Shown here: positions 20,850 to 37,829 of the stretch, in pieces
How the letters are laid out: the number at the start of each line of letters is the position of its first letter
Position numbering within the stretch: the first letter of the stretch is position 1
DNA from: Eimeria praecox
Lineage: Eukaryota
Assembly (NCBI GenBank): GCA_963920595.1
Contig: OY986948.1
Location: 2,852,001-2,916,000 of the forward strand
DNA length: 64,000 nucleotides
Direction: 5' to 3'
Notes under the pieces: generated by a model
Told to the model about the DNA's origin: nothing
What the model saw: only the letters and a program-made list of their open reading frames with translations
Database searches by the model: none
Translations under genes and position numbers: made by a program

Positions 20850-23300
20850 GTACACCCGAAAGCGTTGTGGGCCCCCTAGCCTGCCCGTTTAATTGACTAT
20901 TTCCGTCTTCTCGAACCTCTGCCCATCATTAGACGTGTGTACAGGAACTCAGTCTCCTCTCCCTCGCATTGGTGTTGTTGCCATGTTGCGGAGAGATCTC
21001 CAGGGAACATGGATGGATTTTAAAGTCGTTTCAAAAAGCAGAGATTAGTGGCGGCGTTTCGATGTTTGGGACTAATATGCAATGTAATGCAGTGCGCTTA
21101 CGAGAAAACGAACAACAAAAGGCGTTATCCAACACCTGGCGAAGTTGATGAGCGTCTTCGCCTCCACTGAACAATCAAGAGTGCAAGGGTATACTAACAC
21201 CATCTCACCTTTGTCAAAACCAATTGCCTAAAGGCGCTTGTCGCAGTTTCTTATCTAGAGCCCTTGTGCTTTCTGCATGGGCTGGCTAGTTGCTGCAATA
21301 TTTGTGCGGAAGCCTGCATGAGCGGGCGTGCGGGTTGGCCGCCAGCAACCAGCTCTAACGTGGGGCTACCGAACGGTGTTTTGTACGTCCATTCTGCGTA
21401 GGGGGGCATATCAAGCTCCTCAAGTAGTCTTCGTGCGTTTATAGCCACAAATTTCAGAAATGTGCCATGTGTGTGGCCATTTCCCAGGCGTTTGTCGCTG
21501 TTCATGTTAGTCAATGTTATTGAACCCTCCATGAAACCATTGAGGCGCCGTCCAGATCATTTTAGGAACTGCAAAGATTTGTCCAGTATTAGTAATGTAC
21601 CCTCCTTTAGCTGCTGAGATTCCAGACTAGCAAAGACAGATTCCTCTCGTGAGACATTGTAGACACCAAGGGGGCCTGGCCACAGGCCTAACCCCTTCTT
21701 TGGCATCACCATGATCCACTAAAGAATGCTCGAGACCCTTCTGTATGACCTTTCAAAAATCGAACCTAATATGTTCAATTAAGGTAAGCGAAGTTACGGA
21801 ACAATCTGCCCGACCGTTAAGGTGTCGGAAAGCATCTGCTTCCTCATTGCTGCTAAAATAACAGCTTCTTCTCTGACTCTTTCCCAAATGAGTTGCATAT
21901 CCTTCATTAATGGATCAGCTAGAGGGACAGCGACGCGAGCAAATCCCGGAATAATGTTGTGTTACCATAAGGCGAAACCCACAAGCTTCTGAACGTCCGT
22001 ATGAGTGAACTGATGCACGAGCCACGCACCAGTGGCCTCTTTCGTCACCGGATCTGTTTCTAATCCTGCTGCAGAGGCACAAAATCACAAAATCCTAAAC
22101 TTCTAACTGGTTATACGAAATCAAGCAAGCCTAAGCTGTTAAGAGTTATCGATTCTCAGGTTGCAGTTGTAGCGCATGTTGCATGCGGTGCAAGCCTCCC
22201 GGAGCGTTCCAGCTGAAGACAAGCGGGTCCTTCATGTATATAACTCTCATGCTCTCATTGACTGGGCTCGAACCATCATGCTCACCTGCGCCCCTGCGGC
22301 TGCACCTAGGCGGGTGCACTAATGTGGCAAACGGGCGTACTCTACCTTGCGAGTGCAAATGTGAAGGGGAGTCTTGCGTATGCCATCATGACGTATTGGA
22401 GACTGCAAAAGCTAGCCAAAAGCATCAAATGAAACTGCGACAGCGCACCTTTCAAGCAGCCCAGTATGTTCTCCATGTTGGCCATCGGAAGCTTCCTCTC
22501 TTCGACGTGATGTTATTGAGGGGCTTCTCTACGTCAGCACCGGTTTGTGTGCCCAATCACGCTAGATGACGGTTAAGCTTTGCCTTTTCTTAGCAGTTAC
22601 TCCTTTTGCCGCTTTAATTCCTCGCCAAGTTGCGAGGTACACCTGTGCCTCGTAATATATCTTGGGGCTACGCCGGGAGTAAGTTTTGTTGGGTGACCCC
22701 ATAGGGCGCCCAGCGGCTTTCCCGCCCTGTGGAAACTTTTCTTTATTTAATACATTTGATAACTCTTTCTTCACGTACGCTCTCTTCTGGTGCCCTCTGC
22801 TGTTCACTGGATGAAAACCTTAAAACCGCCGTCTTCCTAGGACTTTAACGACGGAGATCATTTCACCTCAGCCTGCGGAAGAGCCTCTGCGCAGCGTTGT
22901 GGTCTTCTAGTTCCTTTCTTCTTGAGGCATTGATTCTAATCCTTCCTCTGAATAGGACACGAATGGTGTTGAGATCGTGAGGAGATTCAATCTTATACCT
23001 CAACAATGTTTTCCGGAGGCCGCAAGCGCGCCTCCTGTGAGTCAGGTAGGATAGGGCTAGAATTATCAGTTGGTGAACTGGCCGAGCTTGGAAGCCCAAT
23101 ATCTTGCTAATAAGACCCACAACTGAATCATCCCCAGGTTTAACACCGGCAGGTTCCCGGATTCCCGTGTTGAGGGCACCATCAAAGAGCGTAATCTCAG
23201 ACACTGCGCCACTGAATAGGCAGGTGAGGTGCATTTCATCGCCATAGCTCCGAAGATCAGATCGACGCTGAAGCCTGTGTCACGTGGGGCTTTTAACTCC
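20850..23300 (-). mobile_element. Degenerate Ty3/gypsy chromovirus-type LTR retrotransposon (RT, integrase C-terminus, chromodomain relics)
   Basis: In order on the minus strand: LLERCAVAVSFDAFG*LLQSPIRHDGIRKT (RT); VIYMKDPLVFS (decayed YxDD, 22227-22238); GLETDP..TDVQKLVGFALW*HNIIPGFARVAVPLADPLMKDMQLIW (RT thumb); PYAEWTYKTPFGSPTLELVAGGQPARPL (integrase); CDKRL*AIGFDKGEMVLV..ARCWITPFVV (GPY/F); EGEETEF..GRGSRRRK*SIKRAG*GAHN (chromodomain). Many stops. Confidence 0.8.
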
Positions 23301-24816
23301 TAACTATCAATGCGCCCTTGGAGAAACACATAGTTTACCCGGAGCGGAGCTGCAGATGCTGGCACCATCCCTTTTTCTCAGTCGTTGCACAGCACGCTAT
23401 GTGGTGTCCTTGCCGTTTCAGTGGTTTGTTCCTCAAGCGGTGCTAAGCCGCGCCTGTCCAAATCCTTGGCTCTTTCCAGCGCATGCATTCTTCGCCTGCC
23501 TCACCTTGTCTATTGCAAGAGACGCAGATGAACCACTATTTCGTAACTCACCCCGGGTTTCTGAGAGCTAAATTTGTAGAGCTGCTATCTGTTCTTTCTG
23601 TTCACTGTCTTCTGAGTGGAGTTGGCATTCACAGGCCGACTATTCATAGACTCTGCTTCTGGCGCATCCTCAAACTTGCGTTCATTCCTTCTCTGTTCTG
23701 GCAGTTAAAGTGACGCTTTTTTCCCTCTCTGTGGTGTTTAAATCATCTGGCAACTAGGCAGGTTCTTCCCTCTCACTCCATAGCTCCCTCTCCACCGCCC
23801 AGGTGACTGTCGATTGCTTCTCTAGGGTTTAGGGTTTAGGGGTAGGGAGGGCTGCTGTGAGCCGTTCAAGGAGAATGGCTGAGTCCACCATGCGGCATCT
23901 CCACAAAGGGCTGACTCTTTTAGCTATAGCACGTTGTCTATAGCCCTTCTTGCTCAAATTTTCGTGGCTTTGCCACCGCCTCTTTCCGTATCCAGCTGGA
24001 TATAAGACTACATCGCAGCAAATTTCGAGTTTTGGGGAAGGTATACTCTTATTTAAGTTGAGCCCCCAGTTTCGTGCCTCCTCGTTTTAATAGAGATGAT
24101 GCGAGTAGAACAAAATATGAAACGCAATTGCACGCATGCAAGTACACGCTGCATACATAAGAAGGAGAGTATTTATGGCGGAAAATATATACTTGTATTG
24201 CGTAATTATCGCATCTCAGTTTTAAAAGCGATACTTTCTACAAATGTACACCGGACAAATTGTGAATGTTAGGGACTTCTTTAATTTTCCTTCTGCCTGA
24301 TTTGCTGTCTTCCATCTCATATTTAGTATTTGTTTAAAACACAGTCCACAGAGACTGGCATCTTTTGTTGACGCGAGCAGGGCCTCGCAGAAGTGAGGTG
24401 TACGCACACCTCACCTCGTCCGCTGGCTTTCGCATACAGAACTAATTTCTCCAGCAGCAACAAAAATCTTGCCGGAATATGCACGCTTATGTTGATGACT
24501 ACACTCATGTCTTTCTAGAGAAGTGTGGGGTTGGCTTTATTAAAAGCCTCTGCTGCTGCTGCTGCTGCTGCTGCTATGTTGACTTCGCAACTAACAGCAA
24601 CGGCAACGTGAGGCCTAGCAGCAGCAGTAGCAGCACCTAGTGCTGTTGTTACTGTTGCTGCTGCTGCTTCTGTATCCTTACATCTGATACATGTGCTACT
24701 GCTGCTGCGTCTCCCTCGCGCCCACCTGAGGCATCAAAAGGAAGCAGGAGCATCTTTAAATGCAGGTGTTTATTTGGGTTGTATACAGACATATGTTGAA
24801 GAAGCTCAGAAAGTCT

Positions 24817-24863
24817 GCATGCATGCATGCATGCATGCATGCATGCGTGCATGCATGCATGCA
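24817..24863. repeat. (TGCA)n / TGCATGCA palindrome array; also at 25673-25697 and clustered at 30165-30250
   Basis: Tandem TGCATGCA, a known abundant apicomplexan motif. Confidence 0.93.
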
Positions 24864-24886
24864 GCATGAAGCACACGCTTTGGGGT

Positions 24887-28197
<3,311 letters not shown>

Positions 28198-29876
28198 GAC
28201 GCTTGATCTCAGGTGTATGATCAGTATAGCTGTTTAAATTGTTTTCTTTTTCAGGTTTTTTCTTCTTTTGTCTGTTTCTTGCATGCAAGAGAGGAAAGGC
28301 AGACGATGGGCAACACCCATAAGAAAGAGAATGAAAGAAACAAAAGAAGAAAATCAATTATATGATCTCGCCTCCTTTTCTTCAATAATTATTTCTGTTT
28401 AATGTTGCATTTCTGTTCATGTTTCGCCACAGACAGCCGCCTGTTCATGTTGCTCACCGCAGGCAAGAAGGCTACGTTATCACGTCTTGTGTGGATCTGC
28501 AGTGCTGATCCTTGTGTTATTGTTGTTTAATAGTAAATAAGTGCGAATAAATTAAAAATAAAATCAAAAAACTCTATACATCATCCAAATGCCAGTCAGC
28601 CTTCAACTCCGCCCGCCTCGACTTCTTGCAAGACCGGAGCAAGACCGGAAGGAAAAACAGGAATACCTCACCTTTGTCCCGTTAATAAATCCCAAGAAAT
28701 AAAAAACAATTCACTTCTAATCGTTATTCTTGAGAAATACATGTCATAAATATATTCGTACCATCGGCAAATCCTACGGGAAATGCTTGCCTTCCTTGCA
28801 TGCAGGGGTTGGATACAGGACGACAGCAGCAGGCTTTAATGCATGAAACAGATGAAAGCGTTTAAAACAAAGAATAGTAAAACAAATAAAAGGAAAAGGG
28901 AAGAAATTGTGGGTTCTTAACTCCTCTCTTTAGCGATGCTCCTCTTCCAGGTGTACAGGCAACTCCCGAGGCGCGCGAAACGGCTGTGTTGTGCTTTCAT
29001 GAAGCCGTTCATTGATTAGTTCAAAATAAACAATACTAATCTCTATACAATATTTTAAATATACACACTCTTATTTTCATTATGAAAATACACTCCAGCT
29101 GCATTTCTGCCCGCTTTCCTGTTCGTTCTGTATCGAAGGCGGCATGGCAAGACAGACCGGAGGAATTAATCTTAAGTTTGGAGAGTGTTTACGCTATAAC
29201 ACAGCCAAAACACATCTAAACAAATGTATTTTCAAACAAGCAAAGTTGCTTAAGCCTGCCGGAGACGACGTATGAAGGCCAAGTCAAATTGCATCATACG
29301 AGGCTCCCAAGTCTGTGTGTATGGAGGGAAACAGCTAGCTGCAGCTAGCTGCAGCTAGCTGCAGTAGACCTCTCCCAGCTACGGCTAGTTACGGATAGCT
29401 GCACCTACTTACAACTAACTACCGCCGCTTGCGAGTGCCGTAGCATGGTCTGTATGAAGTTAGCTGTATATGTATTTCTACTTGCCCAAGGGAGTGTTAA
29501 GCAATTGCATATGGGCGTATTACATTTATCATAAAAGGGGTGTCAACAGGGCACTCTAAACCCTAAACCCTAAACCCTAAACCCTAATCCCCTAATCCCA
29601 CCATCAACTTGTAGGAGGGATTTGTTCGTTTCCGCAAAAGATAGGCATCGTCTTTTGTTGCAAGTGTAAATGCAAGTATGTCGTTTGTTTGATTGCGAAA
29701 GACGGCAAAGAGGGAAAGAAAGAAAACAATTTAGAGGGCTTAAAGTACAGGACCGCCTCGTGCACTCCCACAGTGTCAGGGGCTTTCAACTTGAGGTGTA
29801 CGTACACCGTGAGGCTGAGCAACTATTGCCAACTTCATGGAAATGAACGCTGCGTCCGTTAATTTAAAGCATATGT

Positions 29877-31588
29877 TTATATCAAAGGCAAATAAGCAAC
29901 AACAGAGTCATCAAAAAACTGCCGCAGCTCAAGTAGAGGAGGGGGGAAGACCCTCATCCCCCTTTCTGTTGTTTTTCCAGGCAGCAAAAGCTGTGAAATA
30001 GCGGAAAATAAATGTATCCCCACACAAGCTAAATGCATGCGGCTATTCGAGCCAGCGCATGCATGCAGGGCAGAGGGGCTTCCCTTCGCCGCCCCTCTTT
30101 CTTTGTTTCCTTCCTCAGGCAGCCGACGCAGCAACACCTACACGCAAAACAAAAATCAAAAACGATGCATGCATGCAACTGAGTTCCATATACATGTACG
30201 CATGCAGCCCCGGCGCATGCATGTGCATGCAGCCGAAGTGCATGCATGCAACCCCGGGGCCCCTGAAATGACTAGGGGGCCTAACTACTATTAAAATAAC
30301 AAAATCTGTTTAAATGGACTCCAAGTAGTTCAGGTGTATGCGCACCTTCATAGCCAGACACCCCCTTTTGCCTCTGTCTTTCGTTCCACTCTTGGCTACA
30401 AAACATTCTCTCACAAGAATTCTTACTTCCAGACCGCTTTCATGTTCAGGCAGCTGGACCCAAGGTCTCGCTGATCGTTCTGCTGCTGCTGCTGCTGCTG
30501 CTGTATCTCGGTGGGCGTCTGCCTGATGCTCCTTCAGCTTGGGGCTGCATGCAATGGGGGGGGCCTGCGCTGCGATTTCCCAGGGGCATTCTGCTGCAGG
30601 GGGTGTTGAGAAGGGGAGAAGGAGGAAGCGGAAGGCCTTTGCTTCTCTGCTGTATATACTCAGGTCTTTAACAAAGTACGACATATCAGAATGTAGCTGC
30701 AAAACATTATCTCCCCACTTTCCATCCACAAATGCCTGCAGCTGCACGCGCCGTTTCAACAGGCAGACGTCTGTGCATGCAGTAGCAGAGCCTTCTCTCT
30801 GTGTAGTGTCTCCAGAGCTCGCCTCCGTCTTCTTCTTTGCTTCAACACCTGCATCGGTGTTGTCTCTGCTCCCCCCAGAGGTGCATGCAGCCCCAGCTGA
30901 CGAGTGTGAAGAAGAGACAGGAGAGTCAGCACCAGCATCAGAAGCAGAAGAGGAAGAAGAAGAAGAAGAACAAGAAGAAGAAGAACAAGAAGAAGAAGAA
31001 CAAGGCAACTGCATTTCCGTACCCAAAACGAATCCGCAGCTGCTGCAGCTAACTGCAGCGCAGCACACAGGCAGACACACCGGCACGATAATGACTTACC
31101 TGCAGCCTTTCAGGCATAGAGAGAGAGAGTGAGAGAGAGACAAAAGGAGAGACGATGACAGAGAGAAAGAGAGGCGAGGCATCGAGACAGCGTGAGATAG
31201 AGAGAGAGAGAGGGAGGGGAAGAGAAAGCGAAAGTATCTTTGACACATACGAAAGGAGAGATAACACATAGAGGTAGAGACGAAGAAATAGGAATATAAC
31301 GGGACAGACACCGGCAAAGCAAATGTACTAATATTGATACACCCCAATGAGCTGTCTGTACAGCCGGCGAACCTGTAGCTCTTGCACTCCCATCCATCCC
31401 AGCAGAGGGGATAAAAGGACCTCTTAATATATTTTTGGTGTCGGGAGAAGACAGAAGAATATTCTCACTGTCTACAAGACCTCTGCAGCACACAGCAGAC
31501 ACATCTACTCAATCAGAGACAGCGCATAATGCCTTTCTTCTTTCTGTTCGTTTTAAAGATTTTAGCTGTATATTTCTCTTCTCTTCAA

Positions 31589-31681
<93 letters not shown>

Positions 31682-34012
31682 CAGCGTGTGCCCCCCATTC
31701 AACTGGTCGACTTGCTCTTCCTAGTGAGGGTGCCGCCAGCTAGTGGGTGATGCTGTTAGCCAACTATTACCGTGTTACTAGCTAGCTGTGGTAGCTGTCT
31801 CTTGCTGTTTTTCTAGTGCTAGCTAGCCGATGCTGTGTTGCTAGCTAGCTGCGCTAGCTAGCTGTGCTAGCTAGCTGTGATGCAAAGCTCTGCTAATTAA
31901 GTGTTGTTAGCTGTGTTCATAGTGCTTGCTTAGTAGTGGAAGAGAAGACAGCGAGAGGGTTTAGGGTTTAGGGTTTAGGGTGTGGGCTGCCTGCTGCAGG
32001 CCTTCAACTTCAAGTTAACATCGAAAATCTCATCTTCGTTTATTTGTTTATTTCTGTCTACTTGTTCACTCGTATATTATTTGTATTTGGTTGTCTTTGT
32101 GTACACATTTATCTAATTTTCGTGTTGATTTATTTAATTCGTTTATCTTCTTTTATTTATTATTTGCTCATTTCGTTCATTTTTATTTATTTATTTTTGT
32201 GTGTTGTACTAAGTTTACTCTCATTTATTTTAATATATTTATTTTAATTTGGCTTAAGATTTTTATTCTTTTTATTTTAATATTGCTATCTTTGTTTATT
32301 TTAATGTTTTTATTTTTGTTTATTTAAATTTGTTTAGCTTGTTAATTACCTTCCCTGCTTCGGGCGGAAGGGAGATATCTGATGATGTAGCGGAGGGCAC
32401 TCTTCGCACGCCTGAGCAGCAGAGACACCGGAGATTTGTTCAACGTCTTCACGTTATGTATATATGTTTGAATTAAATAAAGAAAGAAAATATAAGGAGA
32501 GAGGAAGGGAAATACAAGAAGGGAGAGACAGGGGTGCATACAGTACGTACAAGCAGAGACAGGCAGACACAAACAAGAGACAAAACATATTTCACAAAAT
32601 ATATTCAAATAAACAGGAGACAAAATAAAAATAAACAAGAAGGTAAGTAAAAACAAACAAAGAAGAGACAAGTAGAAAGAAAATGAGGGAAAGACAGAGA
32701 CAGAGAGACAGAGAGAGAGAGAGAGAGAGAAGAAACACACAAGCAGGAGACAGTACAGAAGTAAACAAGAAAAAGAAACAAACAGAGTAGCAGATAGAGC
32801 AAATATTTACAAAGAGATAATTGGCCTCCGTCCACAAAGCAGAAGGCAGCAGCTGTAATGACGCGTCCTTCATATCTGCAATTGTTTGACTGCATCGGCT
32901 GTACATACACCGCAAACACAAACAAAAACTATTCAACACAATTAAAACAAAGCAACAAATAATGAACAAACATCTGAAACAAATTAAACAAACAAAAACA
33001 AAGACAAACACAGAAAGATACACAGCGTATACACCACAAACAAATGAAGAAACAAATCAAGCAAGACAAACAAATAAACTAGATAGCTATTTAACTACCT
33101 GACTAGCTAGCTAGCTAGCTAACTAGCTAGCTAACTAAGTAATATCAACAAAAATATGATGAGCAGACAGACAAACAAACACCCAAACAAACAAACAAAT
33201 AAATAACAAACGAACTACAGAATGTAAAAGAAACAAACAAACGGCGGCAAATAAAACCCTAAACCCTAAACCCTAAACCCTAAACCCTAAACCCGAAGAG
33301 ACACACAAATACACAAAACAAGCAAACAGAGCATCCACAAACAAAACTAGCAAACAGAAGAGAGACAGAGAGTGAGAGAGAGAGAGATAGCAGAAGAATG
33401 TATGAAGATATTACCTGCAATTTAATTTAAATGTGTTGATAGTTCTTATTCTCCTCTCCTCCTCTTCTTCAATTGCCCCTGTTAGTTGATATGGGTTTAA
33501 TGGGCAATGCATAGACAATCTGAGGAAAGACATGCTGGCTGCTGACTCTTTGTCTCCTCTTCCTGCTGCTGCTGTTGCCGCTGCTGCTGTTCTTGCTGCT
33601 GCTGTTCTTGCTGCTGCTGCTGCACGAGATGAGCTGCGAGTTGTGGGGCCCCAGGCAGCAGAGAGAAGACGAAGAGAAGGAAGAGGGCAAGGGAGGCGGA
33701 AGTACAAATTACATAAGAATTGAAAATCTGTTGTAGACAATTCGCTGCGAGTCGCAGTCCCTTGCCTCTCCTGCTGCTTCTGCTGCTGCTGCTGTTGTTG
33801 TTGCTGCTGCTGCTGCACGTGATGCTGCTCTTGCTCTTGCTTAGCCCCCTCCAACTCCCGCTTCTCATGCTGCTGCTGTTGCTGCTCCTGCTGCTGCTGC
33901 AGTTGTTTTGGCAGTTGCTGCTGCTTCACACGCCAGAGAGAGAGTCTCAAGACATGCTCGCCGCCTATAAGCTGCTGCTGGTGGAGGCGGTACGCGATCT
34001 CGAGTGACTGCG

Positions 34013-34048
<36 letters not shown>

Positions 34049-34628
34049 CAGCAGCAGCAGTAGCAGTAGCAGCAGCAGGGGTATGCTTCCCAGAATCAGA
34101 AGGCGAGTTCACTGAGTGTGCTGTTGTCTCCCTCGTCTCCCCTATCGATCCCGCACTTGGAGGAGTTTGATTGTTTTGTTTCTTCGTTGCTGCAGCTGCT
34201 GAGGGGCCTTCCCTCAGTCTGCTGCTGCCCTTCAGCCCCAAACTGTCGAGGGCCTCCACCAGCTGTCCAACATCTGCTGCTGCTGGGGTTGCAGCTGCTG
34301 CAGCAGCTGCTGCAGCTGCTGCAGCTTCTGTAGCTGCAGCATCAGTAGTAAAGGGCAAGAGAGCACTTATCGTCAAATGACCTCCCACGGCTGCCAGTTC
34401 AAATGTTGCCTCGGCTGCTGCTTTATTCCAGCTTGATCCTGCGGATGTTGCTGCTGCTTCAGGGTTTGCTGCTGCTGCATGTATCGCTGCTTCTGCTGTT
34501 GTTGTAGGGGTTGATGCTGCTGCTGCAGCCGTTGCTGCTGCTGCTGCTGCCGTTGCTGCTACTGCTGCTGCCGTTGGAGTTGCAACGGGAGTTTCAGGGG
34601 GAACGAAAGGAATAGGTTGGGTGGGCAT
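29877..34628 (-). CDS. UBE3D/Ipa1-like (HECT_2 family) protein; start codon uncertain
   Basis: Spliced: [108 protein letters not shown]. The order CxxC, LPS..W, second CxxC..LG, FRF, KV and terminal VAYL matches my recollection of UBE3D/Ipa1. Confidence 0.6.
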
Positions 34629-37600
34629 CTTCGATTGTACAGGAGACAGGCAAGCAGCAGCATTCACAGATCTCGTAGCGGTAGAAAGAACAGGAGAAGC
34701 CGCAAAGAAGAAATGCAACAATCCAAGAATACGGAGTGAAAATTGAGGAAGCAACGAAAAATACGCCAACTGGAAGAGGGGATGCGACTTGGTGAAGTCG
34801 TTTTAGGGGATCAACTGAAATATATCTGTTCAAAAACACAAATGAAGGAAATTAGAAAAAAGATGGGAAGGGATGAAGCACATTTCTCCCTGCTGCCAGC
34901 CTCATCATGAATCTGGGCATGTCAACGGAGTACGTACACCACAGAGAAATACCCAGAGGGATATTATTGTACTTCATTTTTTTTTAGATTGAGATTTTGT
35001 CGCCAAACACTTCGTAGTCTGCTGAGTTCTGTCGGCGGCCAGCAGCATCGAAGCCAGTAGCCTATCGTGGGTCTGCACGTAGAGACTGGGTCTGTCTTTC
35101 GCCCAGGAACAAATTAAATATACAAAATATATTTAAATAGCTTAAAAGTATATGCAACAATACAATCATTTATAAAATTTAGGGGATTTGTTGACGCAAT
35201 ATACCCTCCTGTATGGTGAGGGGCCCAGAGGAAAGCGGGGGGGCCCCGTCTTGATAGCAGGCCGATCCTATAGGTCTGACCATTTAACTTGGTTTATTAG
35301 AGTGAGTCTCCAAGTATTAGCCACACAATCATAACAGGTGTTATACACAACTAAAAAGATACAAACTGTATATCTTAATCAATTAACAAGCATCACCTGG
35401 GGAGTGTATATAGAAGAGTTGGAAGAGGGTTATCTATCTTCGCTCATTGAGGATCGAACTGTTGCAACATGGGAGAAAATCTTTCAAGAAAAGTTCTTTA
35501 TATGCATTTTAACACCCGTCCACTCTTCAGCCTTCCTGTGCAAGGCGGCATGAAGGTATGTGGCTGATAATGCTAAGGGGAGGATGCAGACGCCGTGCGG
35601 GATCAACACTCCTTGTTGCAACTCCTCCTGTTTCAAGGTCATCATGAATGAAAGCAAACATAAAATGAGCATAAACGCCCTCCTTATGCTTGCATTTACA
35701 CTGAATACAGTTGTTGAACACACCCTTAACCCTTAGTAGCCAGCCGCAGCCACAGCAGCAGCAACGGTTTGATCGCATATATTTAACAACAGTTTGTGTG
35801 TTAAACAGATATCTGAATAATGACTCATCTGTTTAAAGCCACTTGTGACTTCCTTCTATCATTGAATCCGAGGAATAAATGCTGAGAATGTTTTCGTGAT
35901 CGAATGAAGCAGCACGAAGGGCTCTTCAAAATATATAAACTGAACCACGCTAAACTAAACTTAAATTTAAAAAACAAAGTATATTAGAGTGGCTTTGAAT
36001 TTAATTAAATTAAGCTACGCCCAACTAAAACAGAATCGACTGGAATCAAGTTCTTGCTAGTCTCAATATCTTGATTGAATGAAAGTGTTGCAACACTTGT
36101 ACTAACGTGTGAACGCAGCGAGAAACTGAAAACACATTTTTAATGTATTCAAATACACATTGATCTCGTGTTTTCGTGTTGAGTTGCCATAGCCAGGCGA
36201 TATATACACAGCCGTTCTTATCTTCGTTTCTGTAGTAAATACGACAAAATATTGGTAGGCATACGATCAAACAGAAAGAATTTTGAAGATTTTCACACCT
36301 TTGGGAGTTCTGAGTAGCACTGGTTATCCGCGAAAACTACAAAATTGTAAAGGAGATTAGAAGTGAAAACAGAAAACAGATAAATAGGCAAGTGGTCTGC
36401 ATGCAGAGCCAACTGCTCAGGTCGACTGGAAGAATATATTAAACGTCTTCGCTGTTTTACGGCCTTTTTGAAGCACCGAAGTATATTCAGACGAACGGGC
36501 ACTGAGCGCGTCCACAACGAGTCACAGCTAGCTGCTGGTAGCCGCCGCTAGCCACAGCTAGCCATAGCTAACTGGTGTTGGGGTATCAATAGAGGAATTA
36601 TGCAACTGTTTGCTTTTGATGCGCAGCACATGATGAAGTGGCAATTGAGTGTCGTGGCTGCTGCCACAAAATATGGGATCTTAACGTCAGAATGCCTGCA
36701 CTTAATCCCCTTTTCCGCATGCATCTGGCCATATAGAGGCCTCAGATTTCGTTTAACTCCGCTTTAAATAATTGACGTGTTCAAGTCACGATAAATCATG
36801 TGCACAACCGTACATTCCGGTGGACGCTGTTGTTTAGTTGCATCTTGCAGCCTTTACGTTTCAAGCAAGAGCATCAGGAAACCCTCGCATAAAGATATAA
36901 ACTTCTTATGGCTCCCTCAGACTGTAGCAAGACATTTTGCTGCAGCATGGTGATCAGAAATGATGAAGGGTGCGACGGCGTTGAGGTATCGTACACACGG
37001 CAGCTGAGATCCACACCTCGCTGCTAAGATCTATGAAGATAATTGAAGCCCATTTACAATATTCAAAGTAATATTTACCATTTAAAATGATCTAGGCCTT
37101 GTGAAGTTTCATCTGCACAAGAGGATCGGGGCAGCGGTTTCGTAGAGGCAACCGGCGGTACAGGGCGCAGATGGTCTGCAAGCCGGACTGGCGACAGCTT
37201 CCGAATGTTCTGGGGATTCCATATTTGTATTGTCATTTCCTTTGGGTTTTTTTTCATATTTTACTTCATTCATACGAAGATAACTCAGATTCCGGTGTTT
37301 GATTCCCTGCAAAGTGCATTGGCTGCCGTAGACATTGCATTGCCGAGCGGTTGGGAGAAATGAGGCTTCCAGCCCAACAAGCCTCGGTTTCCTCATTTGA
37401 AATTGTTTAAAGACCTCAAATTGAGTTCTTTCTTCCCTCGGGAGACAACAGAGGCAGTAACTCAGGCCACAGAGTCGCTCTTGGTTACACCGCATCGACG
37501 GACGGCTGGCAGCTGCCGCTTCCCCTATTAAAGGTGTACAGATTCTTTTTGAATGCTTTTCCCCCTTTGATATTATTCCTATTCTTCACATTAATCGGCG

Positions 37601-37829
37601 GCTTTGCTCTCAAAGTGGCCACCTTCCCCCCCTTCATCATCCTCAGCGGCGGACGAAACCCTACGTCCGTCTGTGGCACATTTTCATTGAATTAACTCCT
37701 CATGCCGCATGCAGAAGCCCCGTGACAAAAGTAGGAGCGGTGGCAGCAGCAGGGCATTCATTTGAGCCTAAGTTACTTCCCTGCATGCTAGTGAATAACA
37801 AGTGAATAATTTGGTGATTGTGAGCACTG

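Noticed and set aside
31100..31106. 7-nt micro-exon followed by a strong GTAAGT donor
   Set aside because: It would leave only a 47-nt intron and is not needed; the upstream exon joins VSCSSC in frame directly.
34629..34769. Signal-peptide-like extension of the UBE3D-like ORF
   Set aside because: It starts at TTG, not ATG, and I found no supporting upstream exon.
35338..35553. Possible gag relic (TWEKIFQEKF)
   Set aside because: A single short motif with no collinear retroelement fragments that I could identify.
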